From Deltaproteobacteria bacterium RBG_16_49_23 (GTDB lineage Bacteria > Desulfobacterota > BSN033 > UBA1163), in contig MGQQ01000144.1 of the NCBI GenBank assembly GCA_001798855.1, positions 6,711 through 70,710 on the forward strand: a stretch of DNA of 64,000 nt, read 5' to 3'. Under the pieces are notes generated by a model. The model made no database searches and was not told where the DNA came from. It was given only the letters and a program-made list of their open reading frames with translations. The first letter of the stretch is position 1; every line of letters starts with the position of its first letter. This document shows positions 8,986-17,896 of this stretch, piece after piece. Made by a program: the position numbers and the translations under genes.

Positions 8986-11631
8986 ATGCACGAGATTAAT
9001 TTTACTCTAAACGGTATTCCAAAAAAGGTGATCGCTGATCCCCGGAAAAGCTTACTCAAAGTGATTCGGGAGGATCTCGGGCTAACCGGAACGAAAGAAG
9101 GGTGTTCAGCAGGACACTGCGGTACCTGTGCTGTGATCATGGATGGTGAAGTCGTCCTCGCCTGTAGGGTCCCTGTGGCTAAAACCCAGGGCAAAGAGAT
9201 CACGACCATAGAGGGTATCGGCACCCTCAAAAATCCTCATCCCCTTCAATTAGCCTTTGCAAAAACAGGAGCCATCCAGTGCGGCTTCTGTACACCAGGG
9301 ATGATCGTTCGGGCTAAGTCCATTTTGGACAAAAATCTTGATCCCTCAAGAGACGAAATAAGGAGGGCTCTTCAACCCCATATCTGCCGTTGTACCGGTT
9401 ATCAAAAGATCTTTGAGGGGATTGAACTGGCAGCCTCGTATCTACGGGGAAAAACAAAATCCATCGAATTAAAACTGACCGGGAAAGGGACGGTTGGCCA
9501 ACCTGTCACCCGACCGGACGCACTCGAAAAGGCTACAGGAACAACCCTCTACGCCGCTGACCTCGCTGTGGACGGATGTGCTCACATCAAGGTTTTAAGA
9601 AGCCCTCATCACCACGCTAAAATCGTTCATATTGAGAAGGCAGAAGCGGAAGCGATTCCTGGAGTCCTCGCTGTGCTCACTGCCGAGGATGTGAAAGGAA
9701 CAAATATTTTGAAGATGGCCGGTGATGACCAACCCATCTTATGTGGAAATAAAGTTCGCTTTATTGGAGACCCCGTGGCTGCTGTTGTGGCGAACTCTGA
9801 GGAAATAGCCTCTTACGCCATCGAGAAGATTGAAGTCACTTATGAACCCTTAGAATCAGTCCTCACTCCTGAGGAAGCATTGAAGGAAGGCGCCATAAAG
9901 GTCCACGATGATCGATCCAATCTCTTTTTCGAACAACCCATTATCCATGGTGATATGAAGAAGGGTCTTTCAGAGTCGGAGGTGGTGGTTGAGAAAACCT
10001 ACACAACGCAATCCGTTGAACATGCCTATCTCGAGAACGATGCCGGCGTTGCCTATCTCCATGAGAATGGGCAATTGATCATTATGTCTGCAAGCCAGAA
10101 CATCCATGCCCACCGAAAAACCATTGCAGAGGGTTTGGGCCTCAGTCTGGACAAAGTACGGGTCATTCAAACCCCTACAGGAGGAGCGTTTGGAGGAAAA
10201 TTAGATGTCTCCGTAGGTGGAATTCTCGGTTTGACTGCTCTAAAACTGAAAAGGCCGGTGAAGCTTGTCTATACGAGGAGCGAAACCTTTGCAGTTACCC
10301 CGAAACGCCACCCCTTCTTGATGAAGGTGAAAGTGGGGGCCAAAAAAGATGGAACCTTGATGGCATTGGATTTTGATCTCACGGCAGATGGTGGGGCCTA
10401 TAAATCATTCAGCAACAGTGTGACGCAGCGAGGCATTATCCATTCCCAGGGACCCTATCGCTTTCCGAATGCACATGCTTATGGAAAAGCAGTTTATACC
10501 AATACAGCTTTCAAGGGAGCCATGAGAGGCTTTGGCGCACCCCAGGTTGCTTTTGCGATCGAGTCGATTCTCGATGAGCTGGCTATTGAATTAAAAATGG
10601 ACCCCTTAGCCCTCAGGATGGAAAACGGCTTTGTGAAAGGAGATACGACGATCTGTGGCCAAGTGTTAGATCACGCAATCGGATTCCAAGAATGTATGGA
10701 GACTCTAAAACCTTTTTATGAGAAAGCGCTCAAACAAGCCAAAGCAAACATCACCAATGAAATCAAACAGGGTGTTGGTTTAGGAGGGGTTTGGTTCGGT
10801 CCAGGGCGGAGCGCCCCAGATCAATCTGAGGCGTGGGCAGAACTTCTTCCTGATGATACCTTACAGATTTGGATCGCAGCATCGGATATGGGACAGGGGA
10901 CAAATACGATGTTCTGGCAGATCGCTGCAGAGACCATGGGATTTCCATTGGAAAAGGTCAAAGTCTTTACGACCGACACGGAGATCACACCGGATGGGAA
11001 CTTTTCCGCCGGGAGCCGTCAGACCTATGTATCAGGAAGAGCTGTACAGATGGCTGTGGCAGAATTGAAAAGAGCCATGGAGGAAAAAGGGGTAAAGACA
11101 TACAGCGAGATGAAGGTGAAAGGTTTACCTACTCTTTATAAAGCAATCAATAAGCCTGTAACATCAAGGCCTGATCCCAAGACCGGTCAAGGTGTGCCAT
11201 GGGAAACCTATTCCTTTGGAATCCAGATGGCTGAAGTATCCGTCGAGATAAAGACAGGCAAGGTCACTGTCCTCAAGATCACCTCCGTCCATGACCTTGG
11301 AACAGTGATCAATATCCAAAATGTGGAGGGCCAGCTCCATGGTGGCATCTATATGGGGCTCGGATATGCCCTCATGGAAGAGTTTGTGTATACGAAGACC
11401 GATAGCTTCGCTAAATTTAAAGTCCCGAGAGCCAAAGACATGCCAGAGATGGAAGTGATCACTCTCAATATTCCAAGAGAAAAAGGACCCTTTGGAGCTT
11501 CGGGTACTGCCGAATATGCGGATGTCCCCACGGCACCAGCCATCGCTAATGCTATCTATAATGCATGCGGTGTTCGTATTCGAGATTTACCCATTACTCC
11601 AGAAAAGATCATTAAGCTTTGCAAACTTTAA
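8986..11631 (+). CDS. molybdopterin-dependent aldehyde oxidoreductase-like protein with fused N-terminal 2x[2Fe-2S] domains (xanthine dehydrogenase family, MOP-type architecture)
   Basis: CSAGHCGTCAV...C (plant-type 2Fe-2S), then QCGFCTPGM...CRCTGYQKI (second 2Fe-2S), then an a/b-hammerhead and molybdopterin-binding region of about 700 aa. No FAD domain or FAD subunit gene nearby. Confidence 0.85.
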   Translation: MHEINFTLNGIPKKVIADPRKSLLKVIREDLGLTGTKEGCSAGHCGTCAVIMDGEVVLACRVPVAKTQGKEITTIEGIGTLKNPHPLQLAFAKTGAIQCGFCTPGMIVRAKSILDKNLDPSRDEIRRALQPHICRCTGYQKIFEGIELAASYLRGKTKSIELKLTGKGTVGQPVTRPDALEKATGTTLYAADLAVDGCAHIKVLRSPHHHAKIVHIEKAEAEAIPGVLAVLTAEDVKGTNILKMAGDDQPILCGNKVRFIGDPVAAVVANSEEIASYAIEKIEVTYEPLESVLTPEEALKEGAIKVHDDRSNLFFEQPIIHGDMKKGLSESEVVVEKTYTTQSVEHAYLENDAGVAYLHENGQLIIMSASQNIHAHRKTIAEGLGLSLDKVRVIQTPTGGAFGGKLDVSVGGILGLTALKLKRPVKLVYTRSETFAVTPKRHPFLMKVKVGAKKDGTLMALDFDLTADGGAYKSFSNSVTQRGIIHSQGPYRFPNAHAYGKAVYTNTAFKGAMRGFGAPQVAFAIESILDELAIELKMDPLALRMENGFVKGDTTICGQVLDHAIGFQECMETLKPFYEKALKQAKANITNEIKQGVGLGGVWFGPGRSAPDQSEAWAELLPDDTLQIWIAASDMGQGTNTMFWQIAAETMGFPLEKVKVFTTDTEITPDGNFSAGSRQTYVSGRAVQMAVAELKRAMEEKGVKTYSEMKVKGLPTLYKAINKPVTSRPDPKTGQGVPWETYSFGIQMAEVSVEIKTGKVTVLKITSVHDLGTVINIQNVEGQLHGGIYMGLGYALMEEFVYTKTDSFAKFKVPRAKDMPEMEVITLNIPREKGPFGASGTAEYADVPTAPAIANAIYNACGVRIRDLPITPEKIIKLCKL

Positions 11632-11830
11632 AAAGGGCGAGGGTTGTCGAGCTCGAAAATTAACTTGATTTCTTTCTTTCCTGTCAGTAGTATAGTCATA
11701 CTTTTAAGACGAGGTATCCCATCACAGAAAGGAGGTGTAGGCAGAATTTGGATGAAAGTTTGGTTCAGTCTGATCGGGGGGAAAATGGAATATATCTTTA
11801 GAGCTGCGAAACTTTAAAGGAGGTGGGAGA

Positions 11831-13516
11831 ATGAAATTTTATGATGTGGTCCCCGGACTTGATTTTATGGAGGAGTACGATTTAGAACAATCACCTGCTT
11901 GGTTTCTCGATGCCACCCACTCTGTGCCCCCATGGACGCCTATGTTCGGATGGTTTTGGATCAATTTCTGTCGGCATGGAATGCAGTATGGCGCTGAAAC
12001 CCTCTCCCTTCCCACGGTGAAAGGATGGGACTGGCGTTTTAAAGATGGGGGTGGATATCTAACCCTTCTCATGGTCACCTCCGACCAGGAGAAAGCAGAA
12101 AGGGAGAAGAAGTTTAGAGAAGCGATCCGTCCCTTCGTAGAAAACTATGATGGTCTTTGGGGTGGATATGTTAAGGAAATACTGAAAAGATATGAGAGTT
12201 TAAAGGCCCTTGATGTCAATACTGCGTCGAATATCAAACTTCTTGAGAACTTCGAGGAGACAATCGATACCTGTCGAAGGATGTGGGAAATCCATATGCA
12301 CATGATGTATGGGACTTATACACCCTACGTCCTCTTTGAGCAACTCTGTATGCAGTTGTTGAAAATCGATGACACCCATCCTACTTTTCATAAATTAGTG
12401 GCCGGTTTTGACAATGAAAGTTTTCGAGTGGACCGCAGGCTCTGGGAGTTCTCAAAAAAGGCTAAGGATATGGGGCTCGAAAGTCTCTTTATGGAGACAC
12501 CCTCAAAGCAGATGAAGACTAAATTAGGAGAGAGTGATAAAGGAAAGAAATTTTTGAAGGAGTTCGACGAATTCCTTGAAAAGGAAGCAGGCTGGAGGAT
12601 GGAGCGAATGGCTGAGATCAATGTCCCCACCTGGCAGGAGGACCCAACGCCCGGTTTCGAAACGGTAAAAATGTACCTAAAGAAAGGTGGGGAATTCGAC
12701 TTAGACCAGGACCGTAAGAAGATTGAAAAGGAACGGAAAGATACAGAAAAAGAGGTCTTGGCCAAGATTGCTCCCGAACAAAAGAGCTGGTTCTCCATGT
12801 TGATGAAGGTGGCTCAAAATTGCAGCCGCTTCAGTGAGGAGCACAACCATTATCTCGATCTTTACACCCATGCCTTGATGAGAAGATCCTGTATGGGATT
12901 GGGAAATCGATTCGCCAAATGCGGAGCGATCAGTCAACCTGATGATATTTTCTTCCTCATGCCCGATGAGGTGAGAAAGGCTGGGATTAATCCGGACAAA
13001 CTCAATCTCAAACCCATTGCCCAGCGTCGACGGAAAGAATGGGAAGGATGGAACCAGAGGGACAATCCTCCTGCCATCTTTAAAGAGGGGTTTACTTTGG
13101 AAATGGCGATTGGAGGATTGGTCCAATCTCTTGATCCCATCGCCCTTAAGGTGGTGGTGGGAAGCATGCCTGTGCCAAAACCTGAACTCAAGGCAGACCT
13201 CTTGGGGACGTGCGGCTCTTCAGGTGTGGCAGAAGGAATTGCTCGGGTTGTCCTTAGGGATGAAGACTTACCAAACATTCAAAAAGGAGATATCCTTGTT
13301 GCGATGAGCACCTCTCCTGCCTGGACGCCCGTATTCAGTATGATCAATGGGGTTGTGGTGGATCGAGGGGCGAGCCTCTCCCATGCCGCTATTGTGGGTA
13401 GGGAGTATGGCATCCCTGTGGTCATGAATGTTTTTACGGGAACTCAAGCAATCAAGTCCGGCCAAAGGATTCGTGTCGACGGCAATCTGGGGGCCGTTTA
13501 TATTCTGGATAAATAG
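11831..13516 (+). CDS. PEP-utilising enzyme mobile (His-swivel) domain protein, phenylphosphate synthase alpha-like
   Basis: C-terminal GSSGVAEGIARVV...GDILVAMSTSPAWTPVF...VVDRGASLSHAAIVGREYGIPVV carries the phospho-His motif. The N-terminal domain of about 430 aa is of unknown function. GGAGGTG Shine-Dalgarno sequence. Confidence 0.8.
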   Translation: MKFYDVVPGLDFMEEYDLEQSPAWFLDATHSVPPWTPMFGWFWINFCRHGMQYGAETLSLPTVKGWDWRFKDGGGYLTLLMVTSDQEKAEREKKFREAIRPFVENYDGLWGGYVKEILKRYESLKALDVNTASNIKLLENFEETIDTCRRMWEIHMHMMYGTYTPYVLFEQLCMQLLKIDDTHPTFHKLVAGFDNESFRVDRRLWEFSKKAKDMGLESLFMETPSKQMKTKLGESDKGKKFLKEFDEFLEKEAGWRMERMAEINVPTWQEDPTPGFETVKMYLKKGGEFDLDQDRKKIEKERKDTEKEVLAKIAPEQKSWFSMLMKVAQNCSRFSEEHNHYLDLYTHALMRRSCMGLGNRFAKCGAISQPDDIFFLMPDEVRKAGINPDKLNLKPIAQRRRKEWEGWNQRDNPPAIFKEGFTLEMAIGGLVQSLDPIALKVVVGSMPVPKPELKADLLGTCGSSGVAEGIARVVLRDEDLPNIQKGDILVAMSTSPAWTPVFSMINGVVVDRGASLSHAAIVGREYGIPVVMNVFTGTQAIKSGQRIRVDGNLGAVYILDK

Positions 13517-13517
13517 A

Positions 13518-14570
13518 ATGCCTCAAAAACGAAACAAATTTATCATCTGGTTTAAGGATTGTTCAGGAAAAGATATACCACGGGTCGGTGGGAAAAATGC
13601 CAATCTTGGAGAAATGTTAAAAATGGATCTAAGGGTCCCTCCGGGATTCGCAGTGACCACCCAGGCATTCGATGCCTTTTTGGATAAAGGGAGGGTTCGA
13701 AACCAGATCGTGAGGACCCTCCCTCAACTCCAATTCGATGACATCAAAGCCCTGGAGAAAGCGGGACGCCAGATTCGGGACCTCATTGAATCAACTCCGA
13801 TTCCAAAAAAGATTGTAGAAGAGATTAAAGAAGCCTATAGAGAATTAGCCAACCTCTGCAGGGTCCCGGATCTTCCCGTTGCTGTTCGGTCCAGTGCCAC
13901 CTCCGAAGATCTGAAGACAGCCAGTTTCGCCGGGCAGCATGAATCCTATCTCTGGATCAGGGGCGGCGAGGAAGTAGTCCGCCATATATTGAAATGCTGG
14001 GCAAGCCTGTTTACGGATCGCGCCATTGCCTACCGGAACCAGGTCGGATGGCCTCACGACAAAGTCACCATCAGCGTTGGTGTTCAGAAAATGGTCAAAG
14101 CGAAATGTGCCGGAGTCATGTTTACCATAGATCCGGTCATCGGAGATGAGAGTAAGATTGTGGTGGAAGGCAATTGGGGATTAGGCGAAAGTGTGGTCAA
14201 AGGAGAGGTTTCTCCTGATCACTTCATTGTGGATAAGCAATCCTCTGAGATTTTAGAGAAGACCGTCGCTTTTAAATTACTCTGCTATCAGCTGGAGGGA
14301 AATAAGGTGGTTTGCTCACCCCCCTCCTCTGAAAAACAAAATCAGCTCTGCTTAAGTGACGAGGAGTTAGTCGAAATCGTTCGGTTGGGTAAAATCTCAG
14401 AGGCCCATTACCAATCCGCTCAGGATCTCGAGTGGGCCATCGATATCGACCTCCCCTTCCCTGAGAACGTTTTTCTCGTTCAGACCCGCCCCGTCACGAG
14501 TTCAGGGAAACCCAAGAGAAGCGATGCCGATGTCATCATCGATATGATGTCTTCGCTTTTCAGAAGGTAA
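13518..14570 (+). CDS. PEP/pyruvate-binding (PPDK_N ATP-grasp) domain protein, phenylphosphate synthase beta-like
   Basis: VGGKNANLGEMLK...VAVRSSATSEDL...SFAGQHESYL is typical of the PEP synthase N-terminal nucleotide-binding domain. The ATG at 13518 follows the upstream TAG by 1 nt. Confidence 0.8.
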   Translation: MPQKRNKFIIWFKDCSGKDIPRVGGKNANLGEMLKMDLRVPPGFAVTTQAFDAFLDKGRVRNQIVRTLPQLQFDDIKALEKAGRQIRDLIESTPIPKKIVEEIKEAYRELANLCRVPDLPVAVRSSATSEDLKTASFAGQHESYLWIRGGEEVVRHILKCWASLFTDRAIAYRNQVGWPHDKVTISVGVQKMVKAKCAGVMFTIDPVIGDESKIVVEGNWGLGESVVKGEVSPDHFIVDKQSSEILEKTVAFKLLCYQLEGNKVVCSPPSSEKQNQLCLSDEELVEIVRLGKISEAHYQSAQDLEWAIDIDLPFPENVFLVQTRPVTSSGKPKRSDADVIIDMMSSLFRR

Positions 14571-14604
14571 GTGGGTGGCCCATGTATCGACGATGGGAGG
14601 AAAG

Positions 14605-15264
14605 ATGATTTTCTTATTCAATCAACACTGGGATATTATCCCGGGGAAAGAGGAAGAATACACAAAATTTGCTATCAATCACCATATCCCGACCCTGAAA
14701 AAGATAGGAATTAATCTTGTCGGTGGATTCCATGTGGTCATCGGAGAAGGACCCCGGATCATAGCGGTGGGAGCAGTCGATTCCTTCCAAAAGCTCCAGA
14801 AGGCCTTGGAGTCTGAAGAGTATGAATCCGTAACAGCCCAGATGAAACAATATGTTCTCAATTATTGTTGCCGGATTCTTAAGCCAACGGGGCGGGTAAA
14901 AATAACAAAATATAGTATTCAATTACGGGTATGGAAATTTAACCAATATTTTAATATCCTTCCTGGAAAAGAGAAGGAATACTCGGAGTTTATCATCAAA
15001 GATCATCTTCCGACCATGGAAAAACAGGGCATTAAAATGACTGGAGGCTGGCAAGTCGTGGTAGGAGCCGGCCCTTCGATTGTGGCAGAGGGGACAGCAG
15101 GTAGTCTAACCGAGATTGCGAAAGCCATTGATAGCGATGAGTATAGACGAATCACAAATATTCTTACCTCGACCTATGTGACTGATTACAGTAGCCGTAT
15201 TCTGGCTCCCACAGGGCGTATCGAACTCCCTTATATATTGAATAGAATGATGAGAGGGTTTTAA
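14605..15264 (+). CDS. tandem-duplicated domain protein of unknown function (2 x about 105 aa)
   Basis: GGAGG Shine-Dalgarno sequence before the ATG at 14605. The two halves align: F.QHWDIIPGKEEEYTKF..HHIPTLKK.GI.LVGGFHVVIGEGPRI vs F.QYFNILPGKEKEYSEF..DHLPTMEKQGIKMTGGWQVVVGAGPSI. Both halves end in RIL.PTGR. Confidence 0.7.
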   Translation: MIFLFNQHWDIIPGKEEEYTKFAINHHIPTLKKIGINLVGGFHVVIGEGPRIIAVGAVDSFQKLQKALESEEYESVTAQMKQYVLNYCCRILKPTGRVKITKYSIQLRVWKFNQYFNILPGKEKEYSEFIIKDHLPTMEKQGIKMTGGWQVVVGAGPSIVAEGTAGSLTEIAKAIDSDEYRRITNILTSTYVTDYSSRILAPTGRIELPYILNRMMRGF

Positions 15265-15280
15265 AGAGGTTTGAGGTTTG

Positions 15281-15320
15281 AATTGAAAATTGATAACTGA
15301 CAATTGGTCATTGATCATTT
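15281..15320. repeat. CAATGATCA/ATTGG-rich intergenic repeat (family E)
   Basis: AATTGAAAATTGATAACTGACAATTGGTCATTGATCATT. Confidence 0.5.
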
Positions 15321-15903
15321 CCAGCCAGTGGTGATAAAACCGATCCATCAGAAAATTTTTGAAAAGGCTAAACCCTTCCTCCGAACCCGAAAGAATCTCA
15401 TTCACACTCGGGTCGCGCTCCGGTTTGCTTTAAAGCTTCTCCAACACGAAACGAGTGATGAAGAGGTTGTTATCCCTGCGATTCTTCTCCACGATGTGGG
15501 GTGGAATGCCGTCCCAAAAAACTTACATCTCACTGCTTTTGGTCCAAATCCATCCAATCCTGAGTTGACAAGGGTTCATGAAGTGGAAGGGGCAAAGATA
15601 ACCAAACACATTTTGGAAGCGGTGCACTATCCTCCTAAAAAAGTGGAGGAGATCTGTCGGATCATACGGGGTCATGATTCGAGAAAAAGACCCATCTCGT
15701 TCAATGACCGGATCGTTAAAGATGCGGATAAACTTTGGCGATATTCTCGAAAAGGTGTGGCTATTGAAACGGACCGGTTTAATATTTCACGTCAAGAATT
15801 TCTCACCTACTTGGAAGGGAAGATAGACCAATGGTTCCTAACGGCTACGGCCAAAAAGATGGCGAGACAGGAGATCTCTGAGAGAAACAATCCCTTGCCC
15901 TAA
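15304..15903 (+). CDS. HD domain phosphohydrolase
   Basis: Motifs LLHDVGW, RGHD and KDADKL. The start is uncertain because no ATG is available; the candidates are TTG at 15304 or GTG at 15329. Confidence 0.7.
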   Translation: MVIDHFQPVVIKPIHQKIFEKAKPFLRTRKNLIHTRVALRFALKLLQHETSDEEVVIPAILLHDVGWNAVPKNLHLTAFGPNPSNPELTRVHEVEGAKITKHILEAVHYPPKKVEEICRIIRGHDSRKRPISFNDRIVKDADKLWRYSRKGVAIETDRFNISRQEFLTYLEGKIDQWFLTATAKKMARQEISERNNPLP

Positions 15904-15940
15904 ACCCCTTTTCAGAATATACTGTTTAATAATCCAATTG

Positions 15941-16012
15941 CCCCCTCACACTCACCCTATCCCCTGCCTTCGCCGAAATGCTTCGTTCAGGCAGGCGCCG
16001 GGGGAGGAAGGA
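15941..16012. repeat. GC-rich hairpin repeat
   Basis: CCCTGCCTTCGCCGAAATGCTTCGTTCAGGCAGG hairpin flanked by CCCCCTCAC / GGGGGAGG arms. Confidence 0.6.
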
Positions 16013-16081
16013 GTAATTTGGGATATTTCTCCTTGATATAGAGAGAGGTGACTCATTCTGAAAAGATCAATCAGAGGTCTT

Positions 16082-17893
16082 TTGATCCTTTTGGTTTTCG
16101 TAAGTTTCTCTCTTTTTCTTATTTTCCCACGCGCGATTTCCTCTCAGGCTCCATCGCATGAGAAGATCATTCTGAGAGGTTTCGATGGCATCCCTCTCAC
16201 TCTGGAAAGCAAGTCTCCGTATAGCCCCAAAAAGACCTGTGGCGCTTGCCACGATTATCAACGAATTACTAGTGGGTACCACTTCCAGCAGGGGCGGGCC
16301 GATGGGACCGGCAAAATTATTGTAAGCGATACCTACGATGAGAAATACCCCTGGAGCCTCTCTTCGGGATTATTTGGGAAGCATTCACCTGCCTCCCCGG
16401 ATTCGAGTCAGTTGACTCGAAAAGTAAACCGGAATTTCTCCGAAATGGATAAATCCTCTTTCCACTTTGTCCAGAACTGTGGGGCCTGCCATCCGGGAGG
16501 AGGATGGGGAGAGTTCGACCGTAAAGGAAATCCCTACTACACCGAGGAAACGAAAAAATTCGGCTATGAACTATCCGGGGACGATCCAGTCGTCGATGGA
16601 GATTATACCCCCTTCAGTGCGGGCGATGAGAAATATGGAGCTCCCTGGGACCGCAGTGGTGGGAGTGAGGCGGACTGCCTCATCTGTCACCTCAAAGGAT
16701 ATCATTGGAAAGAACGTGGGGAAGTCTTCAGAGGAAGATTCTTCAAGCATGGACCGACTGTGGGAGCGGGGTGGGCCACGGTCAAACTCTCACCGGAGGA
16801 AGAGAGGAATCCTAAAGCCGTTCTGGTGGATATCGACTATACAAAAAAAGAGGCGGCTGACTGTGAAAATCTCCATCTTCAGATCGTGAGGCGTCCCTCT
16901 GATGAAAACTGCTGGTCCTGTCATGCCATCTATGGTGAAAGAAAAAGGGGGTATGACTGGAATCTCGAAGCGGATATTCACAAAGCCAAAGGCATGGATT
17001 GTGTCTCATGCCATCCGGGAGACAAAGAACATAATTTTGCCAAAGGAAATTCCCTCCAACAAACGGTCAGGGATGATCTTGACAATACCATGAACTCCTG
17101 TGAAGACTGCCATTACAAAAGAAAAGACAGAAGAGCGCCGAGGTTCAAACACCCTTACTCTCCCAAGCATATGAGGAGAATCGCCTGTCAGACCTGCCAC
17201 CTGCCTTACCGATCCGTGGTGGCAGAGCTTGTCTATGATCATACCAACGGAGACACCCAGATCCACGAGACGTCAAAATTTCTATCCCCCGACCCTCTGG
17301 ATCCAAAACCGTCTCACGCCAGGGAAAGAACGGAGATCTGGTATCCTGCTCTCAAGGAATTCAAAGGAAAGATTATTCCCGTGAAATCTGCCATTGCAAT
17401 CTACTGGGGAGATATGGATGAAAAGGCCAATGTGGTCAGGCCCATCCCGCACTGGAAGATCAGGGAATTTAAAAAACCTTCCCTTAAAGACGATGATGGA
17501 GATGGAATCCCCGAGGTCAATTCTCTCGATGAGATCAGATCCTTTCTCATCGCCCTTCGGGGAAAAGATCGCTTCGGGAATCCGATCGCAAACTTGCCGG
17601 TCTTGATCAAAGGAGGGTTTCTCTACCGTCTGGATAAAAAAGGGGGGGTGGAAAAAATCCTGCATGACCAGGCGCAGTCCATCGATTTCTCCCTCAACCA
17701 TAACGTGCGGTCCGGCTCCCTGGCCATTGGTTTCAGGGGATGCAAAGACTGCCATTCCAAGAAATCCCCTTTCTTTTTAAGGAAAGTCCTTATCGATCCA
17801 TACGATGAGAAAGGAAGACCTGTTTATGTTGAAGCATGGGAACAAATGGGAATTGATAAAGAGAAGCTGGACCGAATATTGATGGAACAGTAA
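16082..17893 (+). CDS. octaheme c-type cytochrome, exported
   Basis: Eight CxxCH motifs: CGACH x2, CLICH, CWSCH, CVSCH, CEDCH, CQTCH and CKDCH. Hydrophobic N-terminal signal LLVFVSFSLFLIFPRAISSQA. TTG start assumed. Confidence 0.85.
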   Translation: MILLVFVSFSLFLIFPRAISSQAPSHEKIILRGFDGIPLTLESKSPYSPKKTCGACHDYQRITSGYHFQQGRADGTGKIIVSDTYDEKYPWSLSSGLFGKHSPASPDSSQLTRKVNRNFSEMDKSSFHFVQNCGACHPGGGWGEFDRKGNPYYTEETKKFGYELSGDDPVVDGDYTPFSAGDEKYGAPWDRSGGSEADCLICHLKGYHWKERGEVFRGRFFKHGPTVGAGWATVKLSPEEERNPKAVLVDIDYTKKEAADCENLHLQIVRRPSDENCWSCHAIYGERKRGYDWNLEADIHKAKGMDCVSCHPGDKEHNFAKGNSLQQTVRDDLDNTMNSCEDCHYKRKDRRAPRFKHPYSPKHMRRIACQTCHLPYRSVVAELVYDHTNGDTQIHETSKFLSPDPLDPKPSHARERTEIWYPALKEFKGKIIPVKSAIAIYWGDMDEKANVVRPIPHWKIREFKKPSLKDDDGDGIPEVNSLDEIRSFLIALRGKDRFGNPIANLPVLIKGGFLYRLDKKGGVEKILHDQAQSIDFSLNHNVRSGSLAIGFRGCKDCHSKKSPFFLRKVLIDPYDEKGRPVYVEAWEQMGIDKEKLDRILMEQ

Positions 17894-17896
17894 ATG

